Shown: positions 26,501-40,300 of the stretch, one piece after another
Layout: every line of letters begins with the position of its first letter
How positions within the stretch are numbered: the stretch's first letter is position 1
Assembly (NCBI RefSeq): GCF_009914755.1
Contig: NC_060946.1
Direction: 5' to 3' (one strand)
Origin: the human T2T-CHM13v2.0 reference genome, Homo sapiens
Length of the DNA: 64,000 bases
Notes under the pieces: model-generated
What the model was told of the DNA's origin: nothing
Database searches by the model: none
Seen by the model: the letters and a program-made list of their open reading frames with translations, nothing else
Program-made: the position numbers and the translations under genes

Positions 26501-29500
26501 AATGCACATATCACAAAGAAGTTTCTGAGAATGCTTCTGTCGAGATTTTATATGAAGATATTCCCGTTTCCAACGAAATCCTGAAATCTATCCAAATATC
26601 CCCTCGCAGATTCTACAAAAAGAGTGTTTCAAAACTGCTCTGTAAAAAGAAAGGTTCAACTCTGTTAGTTGAGTACACACATCACAAACAAGTTTCACAG
26701 AATGCTTCTTTCTAGCTTGTAGGGGAAGATATTCCCTTTATCACCATGGGCCTCCAACCGTCCGAAACGTCCACTTCCATATACTACAAAAAGAGCGTTT
26801 CAAACCTGCTCTAGGAAAGGCAATGTTCAACTCTGTGACTTGAATGCAGACATCACAGAGCAGTTTCTGAGAATGCTTCTGTCTAGATTTTATAGGAAGA
26901 TATTCCCGTTTCCAACGAAATCTTCACAGCTATCCAAATATCCACTTGCAGATTCTACAAAAAGAGTGTATCAAAACTGCTCTGTCAAAAGGAAGGTTCT
27001 TCTCTGTTAGGTGAGTGCATACGTCATAAAGGAGTTTCTGAGAATGTTTCTGTCTAGTGGTTATGGGAAGATATTTGCTTTTTCACCGTAGGCCTCAGAG
27101 CGCTCCAAATATCCACTTGCACATACTACAAAAAGAGTGCCTCAAAGCTGCTCTCTGAAATGGAATGTTCAACTCTATGAGTTGAATGCAAACATCACAA
27201 AGACGTTTCTGAGAATGCTTCTGTCTAGATTTGATATGAAGATATTCCCGTTTCCAACGAAATCTTCAAATCTATCCAAATGTCCACTTCTATAATCAAC
27301 AAAAAGTGTTTTTCAGAACTGCTCTATCAAAAGAAAGATCCACCTCTGTTAGCTGAGTTCACACATCACAAACAAGTTTATGAGAATGCTTCTGTCTAGT
27401 TTTTATTTGAAGATATTTCCTTTCTCACCATAGACCTGAAAGCTGTCCTAATGTTCACTTCCAGATACTACAGAAAGAGTGTTTCAAAACTGCTGTACGA
27501 AAGGGAATGTTCAACTCTGTGACTTGAATGCACACATCACAAAGAAGTTTCTGAGGATGCTGCTGTCTACTTTTTATACGTAATCCCGTTTCCAACGAAA
27601 TCCTCCAAGCTATCCAAATATCCACTTGCAGATTCCACAGAAAGACTGTTTCAAAACTGCTCTGTCAATAGAAAGGTTCAACTCTGTTAGCTGCGTGCAT
27701 ATATCCCAAAGAAGATTCTGAGATTGCTTCTGTCTAGTTTTTATGGGAAGATATTTCCCTTTTCACCGTAGGCGTCAAGGCGCTCCAAATGTCCACTTCC
27801 AGATACTACAAAAAGAGTGTTTCAAACCTACTCTGTGAAAGGGAATATTCAACTCTGTGACTTGAATGCACATATCACAAAGAAGTTTCTGATAATGCTT
27901 CTGTCGAGATTTTATATGAAGATATTCCCGTTTCCAACGAAATCCTGAAATCTATCCAAATATCCCCTCGCAGATTCTACAAAAAGAGTGTTTCAAAACT
28001 GCTCTGTAAAAAGAAAGGTTCAACTCTGTTAGTTGAGTACACACATCACAAACAAGTTTCACAGAATGCTTCTTTCTAGCTTGTAGGGGAAGATATTCCC
28101 TTTATCACCATGGGCCTCCAACCGTCCGAAACGTCCACTTCCATATACTACAAAAAGAGCGTTTCAAACCTGCTCTAGGAAAGGCAATGTTCAACTCTGT
28201 GACTTGAATGCAGACATCACAGAGCAGTTTCTGAGAATGCTTCTGTCTAGATTTTATAGGAAGATATTCCCGTTTCCAACGAAATCTTCACAGCTATCCA
28301 AATATCCACTTGCAGATTCTACAAAAAGAGTGTATCAAAACTGCTCTGTCAAAAGGAAGGTTCTTCTCTGTTAGGTGAGTGCATACGTCATAAAGGAGTT
28401 TCTGAGAATGTTTCTGTCTAGTGGTTATGGGAAGATATTTGCTTTTTCACCGTAGGCCTCAGAGCGCTCCAAATATCCACTTGCACATACTACAAAAAGA
28501 GTGCCTCAGAGCTGCTCTCTGAAACGGAATGTTCAACTCTATGAGTTGAATGCAAACATCACAAAGACGTTTCTGAGAATGCTTCTGTCTAGATTTGATA
28601 TGAAGATATTCCCGTTTCCAACGAAATCTTCAAATCTATCCAAATGTCCACTTGCAGATTCAACAAAAAGTGTTTTTCAGAACTGCTCTATCAAAAGAAA
28701 GATCCAACTCTGTTAGCTGAGTTCACACATCACAAACAAGTTTATGAGAATGCTTCTGTCTAGTTTTTATTTGAAGATATTTCCTTTCTCACCATAGACC
28801 TGAAAGCTGTCCTAATGTTCACTTCCAGATACTACAGAAAGAGTGTTTCAAAACTGCTGTACGAAAGGGAATGTTCAACTCTGTGACTTGAATGCACACA
28901 TCACAAAGAAGTTTCTGAGGATGCTGCTGTCTACTTTTTATACGTAATCCCGTTTCCAACGAAATCCTCCAAGCTATCCAAATATCCACTTGCAGATTCC
29001 ACAGAAAGACTGTTTCAAAACTGCTCTGTCAATAGAAAGGTTCAACTCTGTTAGCTGCGTGCATATATCCCGAAGAAGATTCTGAGATTCCTTCTGTCTA
29101 GTTTTTATGGGAAGATATTTCCCTTTTCACCGTAGGCGTCAAGGCGCTCCAAATGTCCACTTCCAGATACTACAAAAAGAGTGTTTCAAACCTACTCTGT
29201 GAAAGGGAATATTCAACTCTGTGACTTGAATGCACATATCACAAAGAAGTTTCTGAGAATGCTTCTGTCGAGATTTTATATGAAGATATTCCCGTTTCCA
29301 ACGAAATCCTGAAATCTATCCAAATATCCCCTCGCAGATTCTACAAAAAGAGTGTTTCAAAACTGTTCTGTAAAAAGAAAGGTTCAACTCTGTTAGTTGA
29401 GTACACACATCACAAACAAGTATCACAGAATGCTTCTTTCTAGCTTGTAGGGGAAGATATTCCCTTTATCACCATGGGCCTCAAACCGTCCGAAACGTCC

Positions 29501-31366
29501 ACTTCCATATACTTCAAAAAGAGCGTTTCAAACCTGCTCTATGAAAGGCAATGTTCAACTCTGTGACTTGAATGCAGACATCACAGAGCTGTTTATGAGA
29601 ATGCTTCTGTCTAGATTTTATAGGATGATATTCCCGTTTCCAACGAAATCTTCACAGCTATCCAAATATCCACTTGCAGATTCTACAAAAAGAGTGTATC
29701 CAAACTGCTCTGGCAAAAGGAAGGTTCTTCTCTGTTAGGTGAGTGCATACGTCATAAAGGAGTTTCTGAGAATGTTTCTGTCTAGTGGTTATGGGAAGAT
29801 ATTTGCTTTTTCACCGTAGGCCTCAGAGCGCTCCAAATATCCACTTGCACATACTACAAAAAGAGTGCCTCAAAGCTGCTCTCTGAAATGGAATGTTCAA
29901 CTCTATGAGTTGAATGCAAACATCACAAAGACGTTTCTGAGAATGCTTCTGTCTAGATTTGATATGAAGATATTCCCGTTTCCAACGAAATCTTCAAATC
30001 TATCCAAATGTCCACTTCTATAATCAACAAAAAGTGTTTTTCAGAACTGCTCTATCAAAAGAAAGATCCACCTCTGTTAGCTGAGTTCACACATCCAAAC
30101 AAGTTTATGAGAATGCTTCTGTCTAGTTTTTATTTGAAGATATTTCCTTTCTCACCATAGACCTGAAAGCTGTCCTAATGTTCACTTCCAGATACTACAG
30201 AAAGAGTGTTTCAAAACTGCTGTACGAAAGGGAATGTTCAACTCTGTGACTTGAATGCACACATCACAAAGAAGTTTCTGAGGATGCTGCTGTCTACTTT
30301 TTATACGTAATCCCGTTTCCAACGAAATCCTCCAAGCTATCCAAATATCCACTTGCAGATTCCACAGAAAGACTGTTTCAAAACTGCTCTGTCAATAGAA
30401 AGGTTCAACTCTGTTAGCTGCGTGCATATATCCCAAAGAAGATTCTGAGATTGCTTCTGTCTAGTTTTTATGGGAAGATATTTCCCTTTTCACCGTAGGC
30501 GTCAAGGCGCTCCAAATGTCCACTTCCAGATACTACAAAAAGAGTGTTTCAAACCTACTCTGTGAAAAGGAATATTCAACTCTGTGACTTTAATGCACAT
30601 ATCACAAAGAAGTTTCTGAGAATGCTTCTGTCGAGATTTTATATGAAGATATTCCCGTTTCCAACGAAATCCTGAAATCTATCCAAATATCCCCTCGCAG
30701 ATTCTACAAAAAGAGTGTTTCAAAACTGCTCTGTAAAAAGAAAGGTTCAACTCTGTTAGTTGAGTACACACATCACAAACAAGTTTCACAGAATGCTTCT
30801 TTCTAGCTTGTAGGGGAAGATATTCCCTTTATCACCATGGGCCTCCAACCGTCCGAAACGTCCACTTCCATATACTACAAAAAGAGCGTTTCAAACCTGC
30901 TCTAGGAAAGGCAATGTTCAACTCTGTGACTTGAATGCAGACATCACAGAGCAGTTTCTGAGAATGCTTCTGTCTAGATTTTATAGGAAGATATTCCCGT
31001 TTCCAACGAAATCTTCACAGCTATCCAAATATCCACTTGCAGATTCTACAAAAAGAGTGTATCAAAACTGCTCTGTCAAAAGGAAGGTTCTTCTCTGTTA
31101 GGTGAGTGCATACGTCATAAAGGAGTTTCTGAGAATGTTTCTGTCTAGTGGTTATGGGAAGATATTTGCTTTTTCACCGTAGGCCTCAGAGCGCTCCAAA
31201 TATCCACTTGCACATACTACAAAAAGAGTGCCTCAAAGCTGCTCTTTGAAAGGGAATGTTCAACTCTATGAGTTGAATGCAAACATCACAAAGACGTTTC
31301 TGAGAATGCTTCTGTCTAGATTTGATATGAAGATATTCCCGTTTCCAACGAAATCTTCAAATCTAT

Positions 31367-34300
31367 CCAAATGTCCACTTCTATAATCAACAAAAAGTGT
31401 TTTTCAGAACTGCTCTATCAAAAGAAAGATCCACCTCTGTTAGCTGAGTTCACACATCCAAACAAGTTTATGAGAATGCTTCTGTCTAGTTTTTATTTGA
31501 AGATATTTCCTTTCTCACCATAGACCTGAAAGCTGTCCTAATGTTCACTTCCAGATACTACAGAAAGAGTGTTTAAAAACTGCTGTACGAAAGGGAATGT
31601 TCAACTCTGTGACTTGAATGCACACATCACAAAGAAGTTTCTGAGGATGCTGCTGTCTACTTTTTATACGTAATCCCGTTTCCAACGAAATCCTCCAAGC
31701 TATCCAAATATCCACTTGCAGATTCCACAGAAAGACTGTTTCAAAACTGCTCTGTCAATAGAAAGGTTCAACTCTGTTAGCTGCGTGCATATATCCCAAA
31801 GAAGATTCTGAGATTGCTTCTGTCTAGTTTTTATGGGAAGATATTTCCCTTTTCACCGTAGGTGTCAAGGCGCTCCAAATGTCCACTTCCAGATACTACA
31901 AAAAGAGTGTTTCAAACCTACTCTGTGAAAAGGAATATTCAACTCTGTGACTTTAATGCACATATCACAAAGAAGTTTCTGAGAATGCTTCTGTCGAGAT
32001 TTTATATGAAGATATTCCCGTTTCCAACGAAATCCTGAAATCTATCCAAATATCCCCTCGCAGATTCTACAAAAAGAGTGTTTCAAAACTGCTCTGTAAA
32101 AAGAAAGGTTCAACTCTGTTAGTTGAGTACACACATCACAAACAAGTTTCACAGAATGCTTCTTTCTAGCTTGTAGGGGAAGATATTCCCTTTATCACCA
32201 TGGGCCTCCAACCGTCCGAAACGTCCACTTCCATATACTACAAAAAGAGCGTTTCAAACCTGCTCTATGAAAGGCAATGTTCAACTCTGTGACTTGAATG
32301 CAGACATCACAGAGCAGTTTCTGAGAATGCTTCTGTCTAGATTTTATAGGAAGATATTCCCGTTTCCAACGAAATCTTCACAGCTATCCAAATATCCACT
32401 TGCAGATTCTACAAAAAGAGTGTATCAAAACTGCTCTGTCAAAAGGAAGGTTCTTCTCTGTTAGGTGAGTGCATACGTCATAAAGGAGTTTCTGAGAATG
32501 TTTCTGTCTAGTGGTTATGGGAAGATATTTGCTTTTTCACCGTAGGCCTCAGAGCGCTCCAAATATCCACTTGCACATACTACAAAAAGAGTGCCTCAGA
32601 GCTGCTCTCTGAAACGGAATGTTCAACTCTATGAGTTGAATGCAAACATCACAAAGACGTTTCTGAGAATGCTTCTGTCTAGATTTGATATGAAGATATT
32701 CCCGTTTCCAACGAAATCTTCAAATCTATCCAAATGTCCACTTGCAGATTCAACAAAAAGTGTTTTTCAGAACTGCTCTATCAAAAGAAAGATCCACCTC
32801 TGTTAGCTGAGTTCACACATCACAAACAAGTTTATGAGAATGCTTCTGTCTAGTTTTTATTTGAAGATATTTCCTTTCTCACCATAGACCTGAAAGCTGT
32901 CCTAATGTTCACTTCCAGATACTACAGAAAGAGTGTTTCAAAACTGCTGTACGAAAGGGAATGTTCAACTCTGTGACTTGAATGCACACATCACAAAGAA
33001 GTTTCTGAGGATGCTGCTGTCTACTTTTTATACGTAATCCCGTTTCCAACGAAATCCTCCAAGCTATCCAAATATCCACTTGCAGATTCCACAGAAAGAC
33101 TGTTTCAAAACTGCTCTGTCAATAGAAAGGTTCAACTCTGTTAGCTGCGTGCATATATCCCGAAGAAGATTCTGAGATTCCTTCTGTCTAGTTTTTATGG
33201 GAAGATATTTCCCTTTTCACCGTAGGCGTCAAGGCGCTCCAAATGTCCACTTCCAGATACTACAAAAAGAGTGTTTCAAACCTACTCTGTGAAAGGGAAT
33301 ATTCAACTCTGTGACTTGAATGCACATATCACAAAGAAGTTTCTGAGAATGCTTCTGTCGAGATTTTATATGAAGATATTCCCGTTTCCAACGAAATCCT
33401 GAAATCTATCCAAATATCCCCTCGCAGATTCTACAAAAAGAGTGTTTCAAAACTGTTCTGTAAAAAGAAAGGTTCAACTCTGTTAGTTGAGTACACACAT
33501 CACAAACAAGTATCACAGAATGCTTCTTTCTAGCTTGTAGGGGAAGATATTCCCTTTATCACCATGGGCCTCAAACCGTCCGAAACGTCCACTTCCATAT
33601 ACTTCAAAAAGAGCGTTTCAAACCTGCTCTATGAAAGGCAATGTTCAACTCTGTGACTTGAATGCAGACATCACAGAGCTGTTTATGAGAATGCTTCTGT
33701 CTAGATTTTATAGGATGATATTCCCGTTTCCAACGAAATCTTCACAGCTATCCAAATATCCACTTGCAGATTCTACAAAAAGAGTGTATCCAAACTGCTC
33801 TGGCAAAAGGAAGGTTCTTCTCTGTTAAGTGAGTGCATACGTCATAAAGGAGTTTCTGAGAATGTTTCTGTCTAGTGGTTATGGGAAGATATTTGCTTTT
33901 TCACCGTAGGCCTCAGAGCGCTCCAAATATCCACTTGCACATACTACAAAAAGAGTGCCTCAAAGCTGCTCTCTGAAATGGAATGTTCAACTCTATGAGT
34001 TGAATGCAAACATCACAAAGACGTTTCTGAGAATGCTTCTGTCTAGATTTGATATGAAGATATTCCCGTTTCCAACGAAATCTTCAAATCTATCCAAATG
34101 TCCACTTCTATAATCAACAAAAAGTGTTTTTCAGAACTGCTCTATCAAAAGAAAGATCCACCTCTGTTAGCTGAGTTCACACATCCAAACAAGTTTATGA
34201 GAATGCTTCTGTCTAGTTTTTATTTGAAGATATTTCCTTTCTCACCATAGACCTGAAAGCTGTCCTAATGTTCACTTCCAGATACTACAGAAAGAGTGTT

Positions 34301-37300
34301 TCAAAACTGCTGTACGAAAGGGAATGTTCAACTCTGTGACTTGAATGCACACATCACAAAGAAGTTTCTGAGGATGCTGCTGTCTACTTTTTATACGTAA
34401 TCCCGTTTCCAACGAAATCCTCCAAGCTATCCAAATATCCACTTGCAGATTCCACAGAAAGACTGTTTCAAAACTGCTCTGTCAATAGAAAGGTTCAACT
34501 CTGTTAGCTGCGTGCATATATCCCAAAGAAGATTCTGAGATTGCTTCTGTCTAGTTTTTATGGGAAGATATTTCCCTTTTCACCGTAGGTGTCAAGGCGC
34601 TCCAAATGTCCACTTCCAGATACTACAAAAAGAGTGTTTCAAACCTACTCTGTGAAAAGGAATATTCAACTCTGTGACTTTAATGCACATATCACAAAGA
34701 AGTTTCTGAGAATGCTTCTGTCGAGATTTTATATGAAGATATTCCCGTTTCCAACGAAATCCTGAAATCTATCCAAATATCCCCTCGCAGATTCTACAAA
34801 AAGAGTGTTTCAAAACTGCTCTGTAAAAAGAAAGGTTCAACTCTGTTAGTTGAGTACACACATCACAAACAAGTTTCACAGAATGCTTCTTTCTAGCTTG
34901 TAGGGGAAGATATTCCCTTTATCACCATGGGCCTCCAACCGTCCGAAACGTCCACTTCCATATACTACAAAAAGAGCGTTTCAAACCTGCTCTATGAAAG
35001 GCAATGTTCAACTCTGTGACTTGAATGCAGACATCACAGAGCAGTTTCTGAGAATGCTTCTGTCTAGATTTTATAGGAAGATATTCCCGTTTCCAACGAA
35101 ATCTTCACAGCTATCCAAATATCCACTTGCAGATTCTACAAAAAGAGTGTATCAAAACTGCTCTGTCAAAAGGAAGGTTCTTCTCTGTTAGGTGAGTGCA
35201 TACGTCATAAAGGAGTTTCTGAGAATGTTTCTGTCTAGTGGTTATGGGAAGATATTTGCTTTTTCACCGTAGGCCTCAGAGCGCTCCAAATATCCACTTG
35301 CACATACTACAAAAAGAGTGCCTCAGAGCTGCTCTCTGAAACGGAATGTTCAACTCTATGAGTTGAATGCAAACATCACAAAGACGTTTCTGAGAATGCT
35401 TCTGTCTAGATTTGATATGAAGATATTCCCGTTTCCAACGAAATCTTCAAATCTATCCAAATGTCCACTTGCAGATTCAACAAAAAGTGTTTTTCAGAAC
35501 TGCTCTATCAAAAGAAAGATCCACCTCTGTTAGCTGAGTTCACACATCACAAACAAGTTTATGAGAATGCTTCTGTCTAGTTTTTATTTGAAGATATTTC
35601 CTTTCTCACCATAGACCTGAAAGCTGTCCTAATGTTCACTTCCAGATACTACAGAAAGAGTGTTTCAAAACTGCTGTACGAAAGGGAATGTTCAACTCTG
35701 TGACTTGAATGCACACATCACAAAGAAGTTTCTGAGGATGCTGCTGTCTACTTTTTATACGTAATCCCGTTTCCAACGAAATCCTCCAAGCTATCCAAAT
35801 ATCCACTTGCAGATTCCACAGAAAGACTGTTTCAAAACTGCTCTGTCAATAGAAAGGTTCAACTCTGTTAGCTGCGTGCATATATCCCGAAGAAGATTCT
35901 GAGATTCCTTCTGTCTAGTTTTTATGGGAAGATATTTCCCTTTTCACCGTAGGCGTCAAGGCGCTCCAAATGTCCACTTCCAGATACTACAAAAAGAGTG
36001 TTTCAAACCTACTCTGTGAAAGGGAATATTCAACTCTGTGACTTGAATGCACATATCACAAAGAAGTTTCTGAGAATGCTTCTGTCGAGATTTTATATGA
36101 AGATATTCCCGTTTCCAACGAAATCCTGAAATCTATCCAAATATCCCCTCGCAGATTCTACAAAAAGAGTGTTTCAAAACTGTTCTGTAAAAAGAAAGGT
36201 TCAACTCTGTTAGTTGAGTACACACATCACAAACAAGTATCACAGAATGCTTCTTTCTAGCTTGTAGGGGAAGATATTCCCTTTATCACCATGGGCCTCA
36301 AACCGTCCGAAACGTCCACTTCCATATACTTCAAAAAGAGCGTTTCAAACCTGCTCTATGAAAGGCAATGTTCAACTCTGTGACTTGAATGCAGACATCA
36401 CAGAGCTGTTTATGAGAATGCTTCTGTCTAGATTTTATAGGATGATATTCCCGTTTCCAACGAAATCTTCACAGCTATCCAAATATCCACTTGCAGATTC
36501 TACAAAAAGAGTGTATCCAAACTGCTCTGGCAAAAGGAAGGTTCTTCTCTGTTAAGTGAGTGCATACGTCATAAAGGAGTTTCTGAGAATGTTTCTGTCT
36601 AGTGGTTATGGGAAGATATTTGCTTTTTCACCGTAGGCCTCAGAGCGCTCCAAATATCCACTTGCACATACTACAAAAAGAGTGCCTCAAAGCTGCTCTC
36701 TGAAATGGAATGTTCAACTCTATGAGTTGAATGCAAACATCACAAAGACGTTTCTGAGAATGCTTCTGTCTAGATTTGATATGAAGATATTCCCGTTTCC
36801 AACGAAATCTTCAAATCTATCCAAATGTCCACTTCTATAATCAACAAAAAGTGTTTTTCAGAACTGCTCTATCAAAAGAAAGATCCACCTCTGTTAGCTG
36901 AGTTCACACATCCAAACAAGTTTATGAGAATGCTTCTGTCTAGTTTTTATTTGAAGATATTTCCTTTCTCACCATAGACCTGAAAGCTGTCCTAATGTTC
37001 ACTTCCAGATACTACAGAAAGAGTGTTTAAAAACTGCTGTACGAAAGGGAATGTTCAACTCTGTGACTTGAATGCACACATCACAAAGAAGTTTCTGAGG
37101 ATGCTGCTGTCTACTTTTTATACGTAATCCCGTTTCCAACGAAATCCTCCAAGCTATCCAAATATCCACTTGCAGATTCCACAGAAAGACTGTTTCAAAA
37201 CTGCTCTGTCAATAGAAAGGTTCAACTCTGTTAGCTGCGTGCATATATCCCAAAGAAGATTCTGAGATTGCTTCTGTCTAGTTTTTATGGGAAGATATTT

Positions 37301-40300
37301 CCCTTTTCACCGTAGGTGTCAAGGCGCTCCAAATGTCCACTTCCAGATACTACAAAAAGAGTGTTTCAAACCTACTCTGTGAAAAGGAATATTCAACTCT
37401 GTGACTTTAATGCACATATCACAAAGAAGTTTCTGAGAATGCTTCTGTCGAGATTTTATATGAAGATATTCCCGTTTCCAACGAAATCCTGAAATCTATC
37501 CAAATATCCCCTCGCAGATTCTACAAAAAGAGTGTTTCAAAACTGCTCTGTAAAAAGAAAGGTTCAACTCTGTTAGTTGAGTACACACATCACAAACAAG
37601 TTTCACAGAATGCTTCTTTCTAGCTTGTAGGGGAAGATATTCCCTTTATCACCATGGGCCTCCAACCGTCCGAAACGTCCACTTCCATATACTACAAAAA
37701 GAGCGTTTCAAACCTGCTCTATGAAAGGCAATGTTCAACTCTGTGACTTGAATGCAGACATCACAGAGCAGTTTCTGAGAATGCTTCTGTCTAGATTTTA
37801 TAGGAAGATATTCCCGTTTCCAACGAAATCTTCACAGCTATCCAAATATCCACTTGCAGATTCTACAAAAAGAGTGTATCAAAACTGCTCTGTCAAAAGG
37901 AAGGTTCTTCTCTGTTAGGTGAGTGCATACGTCATAAAGGAGTTTCTGAGAATGTTTCTGTCTAGTGGTTATGGGAAGATATTTGCTTTTTCACCGTAGG
38001 CCTCAGAGCGCTCCAAATATCCACTTGCACATACTACAAAAAGAGTGCCTCAGAGCTGCTCTCTGAAACGGAATGTTCAACTCTATGAGTTGAATGCAAA
38101 CATCACAAAGACGTTTCTGAGAATGCTTCTGTCTAGATTTGATATGAAGATATTCCCGTTTCCAACGAAATCTTCAAATCTATCCAAATGTCCACTTGCA
38201 GATTCAACAAAAAGTGTTTTTCAGAACTGCTCTATCAAAAGAAAGATCCACCTCTGTTAGCTGAGTTCACACATCACAAACAAGTTTATGAGAATGCTTC
38301 TGTCTAGTTTTTATTTGAAGATATTTCCTTTCTCACCATAGACCTGAAAGCTGTCCTAATGTTCACTTCCAGATACTACAGAAAGAGTGTTTCAAAACTG
38401 CTGTACGAAAGGGAATGTTCAACTCTGTGACTTGAATGCACACATCACAAAGAAGTTTCTGAGGATGCTGCTGTCTACTTTTTATACGTAATCCCGTTTC
38501 CAACGAAATCCTCCAAGCTATCCAAATATCCACTTGCAGATTCCACAGAAAGACTGTTTCAAAACTGCTCTGTCAATAGAAAGGTTCAACTCTGTTAGCT
38601 GCGTGCATATATCCCGAAGAAGATTCTGAGATTCCTTCTGTCTAGTTTTTATGGGAAGATATTTCCCTTTTCACCGTAGGCGTCAAGGCGCTCCAAATGT
38701 CCACTTCCAGATACTACAAAAAGAGTGTTTCAAACCTACTCTGTGAAAGGGAATATTCAACTCTGTGACTTGAATGCACATATCACAAAGAAGTTTCTGA
38801 GAATGCTTCTGTCGAGATTTTATATGAAGATATTCCCGTTTCCAACGAAATCCTGAAATCTATCCAAATATCCCCTCGCAGATTCTACAAAAAGAGTGTT
38901 TCAAAACTGTTCTGTAAAAAGAAAGGTTCAACTCTGTTAGTTGAGTACACACATCACAAACAAGTATCACAGAATGCTTCTTTCTAGCTTGTAGGGGAAG
39001 ATATTCCCTTTATCACCAGGGGCCTCAAACCGTCCGAAACGTCCACTTCCATATACTTCAAAAAGAGCGTTTCAAACCTGCTCTATGAAAGGCAATGTTC
39101 AACTCTGTGACTTGAATGCAGACATCACAGAGCTGTTTATGAGAATGCTTCTGTCTAGATTTTATAGGATGATATTCCCGTTTCCAACGAAATCTTCACA
39201 GCTATCCAAATATCCACTTGCAGATTCTACAAAAAGAGTGTATCCAAACTGCTCTGGCAAAAGGAAGGTTCTTCTCTGTTAAGTGAGTGCATACGTCATA
39301 AAGGAGTTTCTGAGAATGTTTCTGTCTAGTGGTTATGGGAAGATATTTGCTTTTTCACCGTAGGCCTCAGAGCGCTCCAAATATCCACTTGCACATACTA
39401 CAAAAAGAGTGCCTCAAAGCTGCTCTCTGAAATGGAATGTTCAACTCTATGAGTTGAATGCAAACATCACAAAGACGTTTCTGAGAATGCTTCTGTCTAG
39501 ATTTGATATGAAGATATTCCCGTTTCCAACGAAATCTTCAAATCTATCCAAATGTCCACTTCTATAATCAACAAAAAGTGTTTTTCAGAACTGCTCTATC
39601 AAAAGAAAGATCCACCTCTGTTAGCTGAGTTCACACATCCAAACAAGTTTATGAGAATGCTTCTGTCTAGTTTTTATTTGAAGATATTTCCTTTCTCACC
39701 ATAGACCTGAAAGCTGTCCTAATGTTCACTTCCAGATACTACAGAAAGAGTGTTTAAAAACTGCTGTACGAAAGGGAATGTTCAACTCTGTGACTTGAAT
39801 GCACACATCACAAAGAAGTTTCTGAGGATGCTGCTGTCTACTTTTTATACGTAATCCCGTTTCCAACGAAATCCTCCAAGCTATCCAAATATCCACTTGC
39901 AGATTCCACAGAAAGACTGTTTCAAAACTGCTCTGTCAATAGAAAGGTTCAACTCTGTTAGCTGCGTGCATATATCCCAAAGAAGATTCTGAGATTGCTT
40001 CTGTCTAGTTTTTATGGGAAGATATTTCCCTTTTCACCGTAGGTGTCAAGGCGCTCCAAATGTCCACTTCCAGATACTACAAAAAGAGTGTTTCAAACCT
40101 ACTCTGTGAAAAGGAATATTCAACTCTGTGACTTTAATGCACATATCACAAAGAAGTTTCTGAGAATGCTTCTGTCGAGATTTTATATGAAGATATTCCC
40201 GTTTCCAACGAAATCCTGAAATCTATCCAAATATCCCCTCGCAGATTCTACAAAAAGAGTGTTTCAAAACTGCTCTGTAAAAAGAAAGGTTCAACTCTGT

